From the NCBI GenBank assembly GCA_965198565.1, contig OZ240665.1, positions 4,215,514 through 4,279,513 of the forward strand: a DNA stretch of 64,000 nucleotides, written 5' to 3'. The notes below the pieces were generated by a model. The model was not told the origin of the DNA and searched no databases. It worked only from the letters and a program-made list of their open reading frames with translations. Position 1 is the first letter of the stretch; each line of letters starts with the position of its first letter. The position numbers and the translations under genes were made by a program. This document shows, piece by piece, positions 39,512 through 48,213 of the stretch. This stretch comes from Acetobacteraceae bacterium (GTDB lineage Bacteria > Pseudomonadota > Alphaproteobacteria > Acetobacterales > Acetobacteraceae).

Positions 39512-40515
39512 TGGGTTACGCTGCGCTCCGCCAATTTTCCTTCGATGCGGTCCCAGATGGCGGCGGCGAGGTCCACGCCGTCGAAGCGGGCCACCTCCTG
39601 CAGGCCGGTGGGCGAGGTGACGTTGATCTCGGTGAGCCAGTCGCCGATCACGTCGATGCCGACGAACAGCAGCCCGGCGGCGCGCAAGGTGGGGCCGATG
39701 CGGGCGCAGATTTCGCGGTCGCGCGCGGTGAGGGGGGATTTTTCCGCGCGGCCGCCGACATGCATGTTGGAGCGGGCGTCGCCGGTGGAGGGCACGCGGT
39801 TGACGGCGCCCATGGCCTCGCCGTCGACCAGGATGATGCGCTTGTCGCCGAAGCGCACGGCCGGCTCGTAGCGCTGGATCATCAGCGGCTCGCGGGAACG
39901 GGACCAGTGCATGTCCAGCAGGGAGCCGAGGTTCTCGTCGCCGTCCTTGAGGCGGAACACCCCGGTGCCGCCGTTGCCGTAGAGCGGCTTGACGATGATG
40001 TCGCGGTATTCGTCGCGGAAGGCGCGGATGGCCGCCGGGTCCCAGCTTATGAGGGTGGGGGGCATGAGTTCGGGGAAGTGGGTGACGAGGAGCTTCTCGG
40101 GGGCGTCCCGCACGCTCTTGGGGTCGTTCACCACCAGGGTGTGGGGGTGGACGTGCTCCAGCATGTGGGTGGCGCTGATATAGGCCATGTCGAACGGCGG
40201 GTCCTGCCGCATGAGCACGACGTCGACCTGGGCGAGGTCGAGCGTTTCTTCCGGGCCGAAGCTGTGGTGGGCGCCGCGGACGCGCTCGACGCGGATGGGG
40301 CGGGCGCGTGCGGTGAGGCGTTCGGTGCGCTGTTCGAAGGGGGGGCCGGCGGGCGTGGTCTTGCCTTCGGCCAGGCTCATGTTGCGCACTTCGTAGTGCC
40401 AGAGGGCATGGCCGCGGCGCTGGGCCTCGAGCATGAGGGCGAAGGTGGAATCCGCGTCGATGTTGATGGGCTCGATCGGGTCCATCTGGACCGCGACCTT
40501 CAGCGGGTTCGGCAT
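39508..40515 (-). CDS. gshB: glutathione synthetase
   Basis: [62 protein letters not shown]. Confidence 0.97.
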   Translation of the reverse strand: MPNPLKVAVQMDPIEPINIDADSTFALMLEAQRRGHALWHYEVRNMSLAEGKTTPAGPPFEQRTERLTARARPIRVERVRGAHHSFGPEETLDLAQVDVVLMRQDPPFDMAYISATHMLEHVHPHTLVVNDPKSVRDAPEKLLVTHFPELMPPTLISWDPAAIRAFRDEYRDIIVKPLYGNGGTGVFRLKDGDENLGSLLDMHWSRSREPLMIQRYEPAVRFGDKRIILVDGEAMGAVNRVPSTGDARSNMHVGGRAEKSPLTARDREICARIGPTLRAAGLLFVGIDVIGDWLTEINVTSPTGLQEVARFDGVDLAAAIWDRIEGKLAERSVTQ

Positions 40516-40553
40516 GGCTGATCTCGCTTGCAAGTCGTGACCTGGCGCCGGAG

Positions 40554-40578
40554 GGAACGGCGGTGGCGCGGCCTCGTT
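40554..40578 (+). promoter_or_regulatory. EcfG (sigmaT/RpoE2) general-stress promoter
   Basis: GGAAC-N16-CGTT, 35 nt upstream of ATG 40614; downstream genes are stress-type. Confidence 0.8.
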
Positions 40579-40613
40579 TGGATAGCCAGACTAAACGAAA
40601 AAGGGAAACGCTT

Positions 40614-41042
40614 ATGAGACTTGCTTTGACAGCCGCCGCCCTCGTGGTGGCAGCGGGAACGGCGTTCGCGCAGACCTCGGCCACTACGCCGAACAGCGCC
40701 GGGACGACGGCAGCGACGCCGAGCCAGGTCCAGACTGGGACCACGCCCAGCGCCGGCCCGAGCCCGACAAGCGCGCAGGGTGCGACGGGTACCGCGCAGG
40801 GTGCGACGGGTGCCGCGCAGGGTGCGACGGGTGCTGCGCCGTCGCAGGCGGCGACCACGCCGGCGCCGGGTCGCAACAGCTTCACCCAGCGCCAGGCGGC
40901 CAGCCGGATCCGGCGCGCGGGCTACACCGACGTGTCCGGCCTGAAGAAGGACGGGCAAGGCGTTTGGCGTGGCACGGCGAAGAAGAGTGGCAGCCAGGTT
41001 GGCGTGTCGCTCGATTACAAGGGCAATGTGGTCGGCCAGTAA
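40614..41042 (+). CDS. secreted protein with a C-terminal PepSY-like domain and a 21-bp tandem repeat
   Basis: Signal peptide; NSFT..QA..RI..AGY.DVSGLKKD.QGVWRG; AQGATG(T/A) x3 at 40773-40835. Confidence 0.85.
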   Translation: MRLALTAAALVVAAGTAFAQTSATTPNSAGTTAATPSQVQTGTTPSAGPSPTSAQGATGTAQGATGAAQGATGAAPSQAATTPAPGRNSFTQRQAASRIRRAGYTDVSGLKKDGQGVWRGTAKKSGSQVGVSLDYKGNVVGQ

Positions 41043-41090
41043 CCAGTAATCTGGGCCGAGATTTGCCATAATAAGTGAAAGGACTGCACC

Positions 41091-41708
41091 ATGCGTACAG
41101 TTGCGCATCTCTATGACGACTACGGCACGGCTCAAAAGGTCGTTAGCGAACTCGAGGCGGCCGGCTTCAGCCATGATCAGGTGAGCTTGATCGCAAACCA
41201 AGGTGGATCGTCCACGCCCGGGGCGGACGCGACGGGCGGCACGAAGAGCGGCACGGGGACTGGCGCGGGTGCGTCCATCGGCACCCTCGTTGGCGGTGGC
41301 GCCGGGCTGCTGGCCGGCATTGGCGCGCTGGCGATTCCGGGCGTGGGGCCGGTGGTGGCGGCCGGTTGGCTGGTTGCGACGTTGACGGGCGCTGGCGCTG
41401 GCGCGGCGGCGGGTGGGCTGCTGGGCTCGCTGGCTGGCGCGGGCGTGCCGGAGCAGGACGCGCATGTGTATAGCGAGGGCGTTCGCCGCGGCGGTTCGTT
41501 GGTGACGGTTCGCGCGGAGGATGCGCAGGCGGCGGAAGCTGAGACGATCATGCAGCGGCACAACCCGGCGGACATCCAGCAGCGTGGGGCGACCTACCGC
41601 AGCACGGATTCTTGGGCTGGCTTCGACCCGAACCGGGCTGGGTTGACGCCGGAGGAACTCGCTGCCGAGCGGGCGCGCATTGCCACGAGTTCCTCGTCCG
41701 GCGTGTAG
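41091..41708 (+). CDS. general stress protein (YflT-like, Gly-zipper membrane segments)
   Basis: LYDDY..A..VV.ELEAAGF, GLLAGIGALAIPGVGPVVAAG, A.VY.EGVRRGG.LVTV. Confidence 0.88.
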   Translation: MRTVAHLYDDYGTAQKVVSELEAAGFSHDQVSLIANQGGSSTPGADATGGTKSGTGTGAGASIGTLVGGGAGLLAGIGALAIPGVGPVVAAGWLVATLTGAGAGAAAGGLLGSLAGAGVPEQDAHVYSEGVRRGGSLVTVRAEDAQAAEAETIMQRHNPADIQQRGATYRSTDSWAGFDPNRAGLTPEELAAERARIATSSSSGV

Positions 41709-41854
41709 GTTTGTACTAGCGGTTCGACAGAACCGCCCCGTCGTCCTGAGCGGGGTGCGGTGCCAAAGCGCACCGCACCGTGCGAGGTTCGTGGGGCGGC
41801 ATAGGCCGCGTCGCCTTCCCCTACGATCACGCGTCATCCAGAGGAGCGTCTCCG

Positions 41855-42583
41855 ATGCCGGCGACTGCCACTGCCATTCCGATCCTGTCGGACAACTATG
41901 CTTGGCTGTTCAAGGACGGTGCGACCGGGTTCACCGCGGTCGTGGACCCGGCGGAACTGGGCCCGATCGAGGCAGCGATTGCTGGGTCAGGCGGTCGGCT
42001 CGACATGATCCTGCTCACGCACCATCACGACGACCATATCGCGGCGGTCGAGCCGCTGCGGCAGCGCTATGGGGCCAGCGTTGCCGGGGCTGAAGCGGAC
42101 GCTCGGCGCCTGCCGAAGCTGGATATCGCGCTGCAGGAAGGCCAGCATGTCGAACTGGGCGATGCGACGGCGCGGGTAATCGACACGCCGGGTCACACGG
42201 TGGGGCATATTTCCTTCTTCATTGGGTCCGGCAGCATCCTGTTCTGCGGCGACACGCTGTTCAGCCTGGGCTGCGGCCGGCTGCTCGAGGGCAGTGCGGC
42301 CGACATGTTCGGCAGCCTGCAGAAACTCGCCGCGTTGCCGGGCGAGACGCTGGTGTGTTGCGGTCATGAGTACACGCAGAGCAACGCTCGCTTCGCCGTG
42401 ACTGAGGAGCCCGGCAATATGTCGCTGCGGGACCGCGCTGCGGAGGTAGATCGGTTGCGGGCGGCTGGGCAGGCGACGGTTCCGACGCGGCTGGCCGAGG
42501 AACTTGCGGCCAATCCGTTCCTGCATGCGGCGAATGCGGAGGAGCTTGGCGCGATGCGGTCGCGGAAGGACAATTTTCGGTAG
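41855..42583 (+). CDS. gloB: hydroxyacylglutathione hydrolase (glyoxalase II)
   Basis: DNYAWL, LTHHHDDH, TPGHT.GH, GDTLFSLGCGR, CGHEYT..N, E...NPF. Confidence 0.95.
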   Translation: MPATATAIPILSDNYAWLFKDGATGFTAVVDPAELGPIEAAIAGSGGRLDMILLTHHHDDHIAAVEPLRQRYGASVAGAEADARRLPKLDIALQEGQHVELGDATARVIDTPGHTVGHISFFIGSGSILFCGDTLFSLGCGRLLEGSAADMFGSLQKLAALPGETLVCCGHEYTQSNARFAVTEEPGNMSLRDRAAEVDRLRAAGQATVPTRLAEELAANPFLHAANAEELGAMRSRKDNFR

Positions 42584-42689
42584 CGGCGGGTGGTGGTCGC
42601 CGGGAGCCCCCAAGTCGGTGGGAGCCCGCTGGATTGCCACGCCGCCTAAGAAGGCGGCTGGCGATGATGAGACTTTCATGCTTGGCCCG

Positions 42690-42722
42690 CCCTCACCCCG
42701 ACCCTCTCCCAGAGGGAGAGGG
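42690..42722 (+). repeat. CCCTCACCCC..GGGAGAGGG repeat copy
   Basis: ccctcaccccgaccctctcccagagggagaggg between convergent gloB and the ankyrin gene. Confidence 0.92.
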
Positions 42723-42743
42723 AGAGGGACGAGCGGAGGGGGG

Positions 42744-43361
42744 TTAGTGGGCGGGGTTGAAACCTAGGAAGCCGACGGCAGGGTTGGCGGTTCCGCCGTT
42801 GCCGGCGAACAGCGCCGGGTTTTGCGGCCGCGCGGCAGCCTCGGTCACCCGATTGCGCGGCCGTGTCGCGGCGCGGGCTTGGCGGGCGGCGCGGCGCTCG
42901 GCGGCGGTGGGTGGCGGGGCTGCTAGGGCTTGAGTGGACGTCTGCGGACCACGCTGGCCGCCACCACCGCCGCGCAACGAAAGCAGCAGGAAGGTGATGT
43001 CGTTGCGCGCGAGATCGACCGACAGCTCGGTCGGGGTCAGGCCGAGCAGGTTGGTGGCGTCAAGGTCGGCGCCGCGCGAGAGAGCGTCACGCGCGGAGCC
43101 GATGTCCCCGCGGTTGATGGCGTCGAACAGCGCCTCGGTCGGTGGCAGGTCGGCGGTCGCGCGGTCGGCCGGGACCATGGTATCGGGCCGGGCCCGGGCG
43201 CCGGGGACGGCGGCGGGCGGTGGCGCGGCCGGCTTCAGCGAGGGCTCCGGCGCCTTTGGTGCGCCCGACCCGAGGCCCTGCTGCGTGAGGCCCTGAGCGA
43301 AGCACGCCGGTGCGACGAAGAGCAAGCCGACCAGGAGGGGGGCAAAGTATCTGAACGTCAT
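42744..43361 (-). CDS. secreted ankyrin-repeat-like protein
   Basis: Signal peptide; LFDAINRGD...ARDALSRGADLDATNLLGLTP..L. Confidence 0.75.
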   Translation of the reverse strand: MTFRYFAPLLVGLLFVAPACFAQGLTQQGLGSGAPKAPEPSLKPAAPPPAAVPGARARPDTMVPADRATADLPPTEALFDAINRGDIGSARDALSRGADLDATNLLGLTPTELSVDLARNDITFLLLSLRGGGGGQRGPQTSTQALAAPPPTAAERRAARQARAATRPRNRVTEAAARPQNPALFAGNGGTANPAVGFLGFNPAH

Positions 43362-43408
43362 GGCGTGCTCTTAGCCAATTCGACGGCGAGTTTCCAGCAT
43401 CCCGGCGC

Positions 43409-44353
43409 TCACTGGGGCGCGGGCGCGGGCGCTGGAGTTACGGCCTCTGGCGTGACCGCCGCTTGTGTCGCGGCGCTTTGAGGACGGTTCATCATGGTGC
43501 CGGTCATGGGGATGAAGAACACGCCGACATCGCGCTTGGAATGCACCTTGCCGGCATCGTCCTTGGTGTAGATGTAGAGCACCTGGCCGCGCTTGAACGG
43601 CTGGCCGATGGGGATGACCATGCGGCCGCCGGGCTTCAACTGCTTGAACAGGTCCGGCGGGGGATACTGCGCGGCGCAGGTGACGATGATGATGTCGAAC
43701 CCGCCCGGGACCTCGGGCCAGCCGAAATAGCCGTCGCCGACGCGGCTCGAGATGTTGTCGTAGCCGATCGGGTTCCACAGCTTTGCGGTGGCGGTGCCGA
43801 GCGGCTGGATGATCTCGATGGTGTAGGCGTGCTGCACGATGCGGGACAGCAGCGAGGACTGGAAACCGCTGCCGGTGCCGATCTCCAAGGTCACGTCGCT
43901 GGCGGTTGGGCGACATACCTGGGTCATGTAGGCTTGGCCGAGATAGTCCGACAGGGCGGAGCCGTAGCCGATGGCCCAGGGCTTGGGGTCGGCCTCGTAG
44001 GCTTCGCCGCAGAAGCTGCGGCCGTCGGCGTAGTTGTATTGGAAATACTCGCGCGGCACGGTTTCGAAGGCCTGCAGCACGACGGGGTCGGCGGTTCCCA
44101 GGTGGGCCTTCAGGTATGATTGGATCAGCGCGAGGGCGGCCGGTTTGCGGGCCTGGATGGCGGCGAATTGGGCGTCGGTGAGTTCGAGGGGGCGGCCGGA
44201 CTTGTGCATCGCGGCCTCCAACGCCTGGCGCGTCCAGGATGCGCCTGCGGCGAGCGGGGCGGCTTCTGCGGCGAGCGGGATGATGGGGGCCAAGGCGCAG
44301 GCGCAGGCTGTGGCCAGGGCATGACGCCGGGTCAGGTGGGGGATGGCTGCCAC
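43409..44353 (-). CDS. protein-L-isoaspartate O-methyltransferase (PIMT/Pcm)-like protein with a Tat-type signal peptide
   Basis: VPREYF, LEIGTGSGFQ, GDGYFGWPE, FDIIIVTCAA, QLKPGGRMVIPIG, FIPM; N-terminus LTRRHAL..AEA; GTG start inferred. Confidence 0.85.
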   Translation of the reverse strand: MAAIPHLTRRHALATACACALAPIIPLAAEAAPLAAGASWTRQALEAAMHKSGRPLELTDAQFAAIQARKPAALALIQSYLKAHLGTADPVVLQAFETVPREYFQYNYADGRSFCGEAYEADPKPWAIGYGSALSDYLGQAYMTQVCRPTASDVTLEIGTGSGFQSSLLSRIVQHAYTIEIIQPLGTATAKLWNPIGYDNISSRVGDGYFGWPEVPGGFDIIIVTCAAQYPPPDLFKQLKPGGRMVIPIGQPFKRGQVLYIYTKDDAGKVHSKRDVGVFFIPMTGTMMNRPQSAATQAAVTPEAVTPAPAPAPQ

Positions 44354-46824
44354 TGCACGGCCTTTCGCGAAGACATCGAGGTGGCCCAGGCTATAGCATA
44401 GGCGCCGGCCGCAGCCAGCAGGACCCAGTGGATTCCGGCCTGGGTTATCAGAAGGTTTGCCAACGGCGTGGCCACGACGCTGAAGGCGCCGTTCACGGCC
44501 CAGGCGAAGGGCAGCATCGGCCCCGACCCCAGACGGCGAAGACCGAGTGGAAACGGCATGCCGAGCGCCACCGACACCGGCGCCAGCATCGCCACGACGA
44601 TGGCCGCCCGCAGCGCCAGCGGCCAGGCGAGGGTGGCCAGCAGCAAGGGCGTGAGCACCTGGGAGGCGGCAATGCACCACAGGATGGCGAACGAGACCGC
44701 CACGGTGATGGCGCGGGGCGACAGCCGCTCCGCCAGCAGACTGCCGCCCCCGGAGCAGATCAGCATGGCGGTCAGGACGAGGGCGAAGGCGGCGGTGGGA
44801 TCGTTCAGGTAGAGGCTGGTGCGCTCGATGGCGGCGAGTTCGATCATGAGAAAGCCCAGGCCGAGGGCGGCGAAATAGGCCACCGGCCGCAGCGCCGCCA
44901 GGGCCGGCACGCCCAGCCGTTTGCCCGACCAGATCGGCACCGCCAGCACCAGGAGTGCGACCAGGGCCGCCTGGGCCAGCACGGCGAGGTTCACCACCTG
45001 GCCGATCTCGGGTTGGGGCAGGATTTCCAGGCGGCGCAGGATGGAGCCCAGGTGGTCGAGCCGCAGCACGTTGTAGTAGCTCGGGCGGTCCAAGGTGGCG
45101 GGGGCGAGCGAGAAGGCGGCGTCGGACGCGGTCGGCTGGTCGCGCAGCACCGCCATGGCCTCGTCGGCGATCGCGTCGTCCGACCCGGCGTCCGGCGCGG
45201 ACTCGCCCTGGTCGAACGAGACGGCTGGCAGGTCGTTGTAGAGGCCGGCGCGGGCGGCCACCACGTCGATGCCGGGGTAGTAGGAGACGTCGAACGAGCG
45301 GGCGTCGCACCAGCGCCGGATGGCGGCGATGTCGGCTTGGCTCCATGGGCGGGGGGAGAGGAGGATGCGCACGTTCCAGGCGGAGCGGTAGATGACGACA
45401 TGGGCCGCCGGGTCGGTCGCGCTGGTGGCGCCGGTCGCGCTGGTCGCGCTGGTGGCGCCGGTGGCGCTGGTCGCGCCGGTGGCGCTGGTGGCGCTGGTCG
45501 CGCGCAACGCGTCACGGGCGGTGGCGAGCACGCGCAGGGCATAGACCGGGAAGTCGCGGATCGACACCGGGAGCGAGACGATGCCGGCCGGCCCCACGGC
45601 CTCGAGGTCGGCCGCCACGCTCTCCACGGTGAAGGCGGCGGCGTTGACGGGGGTTTCGTCCAGGAAGTCGGACGATATGTCGATGACGTCGTAGGCGGAG
45701 GAGTGTCGCACGGCGGCCAGGAGGCTGGCGGCGGAGAGGTGCACGCTGGGACTGGTGGCGAGAGGCTGAGAGCCGCCGAGGCCGGCGCGCAAGGCACGGG
45801 CGATCACCGGGTCCGGCTCGAGCACGTCGAGCTGTCGCGCGCCCAGGGCCTGCGCCTCGGCGACGCGGAAGCCGCCGGAGCTGCCGGCGATCAGGGCGCG
45901 GGCGCCGGGGCGCAAGGCGTAGGGCAGCGCGGACAAGGCGGCGGGCGCGTAGCCGACGTCCAGCGGGCCGGGCTTGGGCAAGGCGGCGATGCGGGCGCCG
46001 TCGCGGTAGAGGCCGAAGGCGGTGGGCGGGCCGGGGAGGTTCAGCAGGGCCAGGTTGCTGGAGACGTCGGTGTCCAGCCGCTCGGTGAAGTCGTCGAGCT
46101 CGGCGTAGAGGCCGCGCGGGCTGACCACTTGGGCGACGGTGCGGCTGCCGGGCACGTGCAGCGGGGCGTAGATCGGTTTGAAGTCGTTGTAGGCGGCGCC
46201 GTTGGCGAGCAGCAGTCCGAGTTCGCCCACGACCAGGAAGGCGACCCCGGCGAACCCGGCCCGGCGGTCGGGCCCGAACCAGCAGGCGGCGGCGAACGGC
46301 AGCAGCAGCACGCTGACCAGCAGGAAGGGGTGGACGAGCCACATCAGCCCCAGCACCAGGGCGGACCCGGCGCCGGCGCCCAGCAGGTCCGCCCCGTAGA
46401 CGGCGCCGACGCGGTCGCTGTCGAGCACGAAGCAGAGGCTGATGTAGAGCCCGGTCAGGTAGAACACGGGCAGCAGGACGGCGTAGTAGAGCGCGATGAA
46501 GCCCAACTGGCCGCCGAACGTCGCCGGGTTCTGCATCTCGAGCGGGTTGAACGGGTTGGCGGCCATGGCCACGAAGCCGGCAGCGGCCGCCAACACGAGG
46601 GCCGGCGGCAGCCAGGCGAGCCAGAGCTTGGCCCGGCGCACCAGGGCGTCGCGGCACAGCGCCACCGTGACGCCACTGAAGGCGAAGCCGGCCATGGCGA
46701 TGGAGATCACCCAGTAGCCGTATTCGGACCACTTCGCGACGGCGAAATAGCGCGTGAGGGCGGTCTCCAGGCCGACCGCGGCGGCGGAGACCAGGAAGAC
46801 GGCGGGCAGCCGGGCGCGGATCAC
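44332..46824 (-). CDS. polytopic membrane protein with a spermidine-synthase-like SAM-dependent methyltransferase domain
   Basis: N- and C-terminal TM bundles; central ALIAGSSGG, LEPDP, YDVIDI; WAVNGAFSV; GTGA overlap with the upstream stop. Confidence 0.8.
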   Translation of the reverse strand: MIRARLPAVFLVSAAAVGLETALTRYFAVAKWSEYGYWVISIAMAGFAFSGVTVALCRDALVRRAKLWLAWLPPALVLAAAAGFVAMAANPFNPLEMQNPATFGGQLGFIALYYAVLLPVFYLTGLYISLCFVLDSDRVGAVYGADLLGAGAGSALVLGLMWLVHPFLLVSVLLLPFAAACWFGPDRRAGFAGVAFLVVGELGLLLANGAAYNDFKPIYAPLHVPGSRTVAQVVSPRGLYAELDDFTERLDTDVSSNLALLNLPGPPTAFGLYRDGARIAALPKPGPLDVGYAPAALSALPYALRPGARALIAGSSGGFRVAEAQALGARQLDVLEPDPVIARALRAGLGGSQPLATSPSVHLSAASLLAAVRHSSAYDVIDISSDFLDETPVNAAAFTVESVAADLEAVGPAGIVSLPVSIRDFPVYALRVLATARDALRATSATSATGATSATGATSATSATGATSATDPAAHVVIYRSAWNVRILLSPRPWSQADIAAIRRWCDARSFDVSYYPGIDVVAARAGLYNDLPAVSFDQGESAPDAGSDDAIADEAMAVLRDQPTASDAAFSLAPATLDRPSYYNVLRLDHLGSILRRLEILPQPEIGQVVNLAVLAQAALVALLVLAVPIWSGKRLGVPALAALRPVAYFAALGLGFLMIELAAIERTSLYLNDPTAAFALVLTAMLICSGGGSLLAERLSPRAITVAVSFAILWCIAASQVLTPLLLATLAWPLALRAAIVVAMLAPVSVALGMPFPLGLRRLGSGPMLPFAWAVNGAFSVVATPLANLLITQAGIHWVLLAAAGAYAIAWATSMSSRKAVQWQPSPT
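45415..45501 (-). repeat. in-frame 9-bp tandem repeat encoding (AT[S/G])x9-AT
   Basis: gcgaccagc/gccaccggc units inside the methyltransferase-like gene. Confidence 0.9.
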
Positions 46825-47675
46825 GGCAGGGCGGCGGCTTGCAGGAACCGCAGCATCTCGGCGTCGAACCGGGTCGAGTCGTCGATGAACAAGGCATGCC
46901 CCGCGTCGTCGTAGATGTCCGTCCATACCGCGGGATGGTGCTCGCGCAAATTCTCCGCCTGGCCGGCGAGGCGCGGGGTGACGATGTAGAGGATCGGCTT
47001 GGTGACGCTGTAGATCGCGTCGCGCCAGAACGAGCGGGGCACGGGGTAGGCCAGCAGCAGGGCGGAGGCGTCGGGCGGGGTGTGCAGCGCGGCTTCGGTC
47101 AGCTCGTCGAGGAACTCGGGGGTCTGCGGGCGGTGGAACATGCTGCGGACGAAGCGGGCCATGGCCAACTCGCGGGAAGCTGGCCGCACGGGGGGGCGGG
47201 AGGCGGGGCGCGGTTGGGGCGGCGGCGGGTTCTCGCCCACGGAGTTGTCAATCAGCACCAGGGCGGCGATGTTGGCGTCGCCGGCCTCGTGCACGTAGGC
47301 CAGGCAGTCCAGCACGCCGAGCGACCAGCCGACCAGCACGATGCGGCGGGTGTTCAGCACGCGCACGAGGTCTCCGATGTCGGCGCCGCGGCGGTAGGGT
47401 TCGTAGCCGGTGGCGGGGATGTCGCTGCTGCCCTGGCCGCGGGGGTCGAGCGCCACGACGTGGTAGCTGCGGGCGAAGAACTCGATCTGGAGCTGGAAGA
47501 TCCAGGCTGGCATGGTCCAGCCGGGGACGAACAGCAGGGTGGGCGCGGCGGGATTGCCGGCATCGATATAGTGCAGGCGGACGCCGTCGCTGGTGGTAAA
47601 ATATCGGTCGGCGGCGCGGCCGGCGCTCGGCAGGGCGATCAGCAGGAGTAGGATGAGCGGGGCGAGCGCACGCAT
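46821..47675 (-). CDS. secreted alpha/beta hydrolase
   Basis: Signal peptide; LLFVPGW, DPRGQGSS, GWSLG nucleophile elbow, AGHALF. Confidence 0.92.
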   Translation of the reverse strand: MRALAPLILLLLIALPSAGRAADRYFTTSDGVRLHYIDAGNPAAPTLLFVPGWTMPAWIFQLQIEFFARSYHVVALDPRGQGSSDIPATGYEPYRRGADIGDLVRVLNTRRIVLVGWSLGVLDCLAYVHEAGDANIAALVLIDNSVGENPPPPQPRPASRPPVRPASRELAMARFVRSMFHRPQTPEFLDELTEAALHTPPDASALLLAYPVPRSFWRDAIYSVTKPILYIVTPRLAGQAENLREHHPAVWTDIYDDAGHALFIDDSTRFDAEMLRFLQAAALP

Positions 47676-47741
47676 GGCCCGTTATGGCGGCAGCGGGCGG
47701 TGGCCTGTCAAATGGAATAGGACGGGGGAATAGGACGGGGG

Positions 47742-47924
47742 ATGAACGAGCCGGACGAACCAGAGGAGTCCAACCGTGGCAAGGTGGTCGCGCTGGTGGT
47801 GGTGGTGCTGCTGGTGGTGGGCGGCTTCTGGCTGGAGCAGCGGCTGAGCGCCGGGTCGAAGATCCAGGACTGCGTGATGGCGGGGCGGACGAATTGCGCG
47901 CCGATCTCGACGTCGGGGGGATAG
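47742..47924 (+). CDS. small single-TM hypothetical protein
   Basis: TM helix followed by KIQDCVMAGRTNCAP (two Cys); GGGGG RBS within a 13-bp duplication. Confidence 0.7.
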   Translation: MNEPDEPEESNRGKVVALVVVVLLVVGGFWLEQRLSAGSKIQDCVMAGRTNCAPISTSGG

Positions 47925-48213
47925 GGGGGGTGAGCGGCGTCGTTATGCCGAGGCAAGGTGTCCCCCTCGGCCTCCATGTCTTCGGTGCTGTGGCGAGAGC
48001 GTCACGAGCTTGGGGCAGAACACCTGCCAGCGTCGGGGCGATAGAGGTCACGCCTGGAACGCGGGGAACACGATGGAGCAGGTCGCCTCTCCCGGCGCTT
48101 TATCCGCAACGGCGAGGTAGGTTTCGTTGCCATGGTTTGCCGTCTGCTGAGTAGGTTGGCTGGTTCACGGCGGGCGCTAGTTCGAACCTCAAGGGTGGCG
48201 CGGGCTCATTTGG

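Noticed and set aside
35717-40885. 1722-aa ORF suggesting a giant hydantoinase fusion (similarly 316-1641, 692-4927, 10243-12960, 43409-45346, 51205-52896, 55280-56698)
   Set aside because: The N-terminal extensions are off-frame read-through over neighbouring genes; real starts with overlap or RBS signatures lie downstream.
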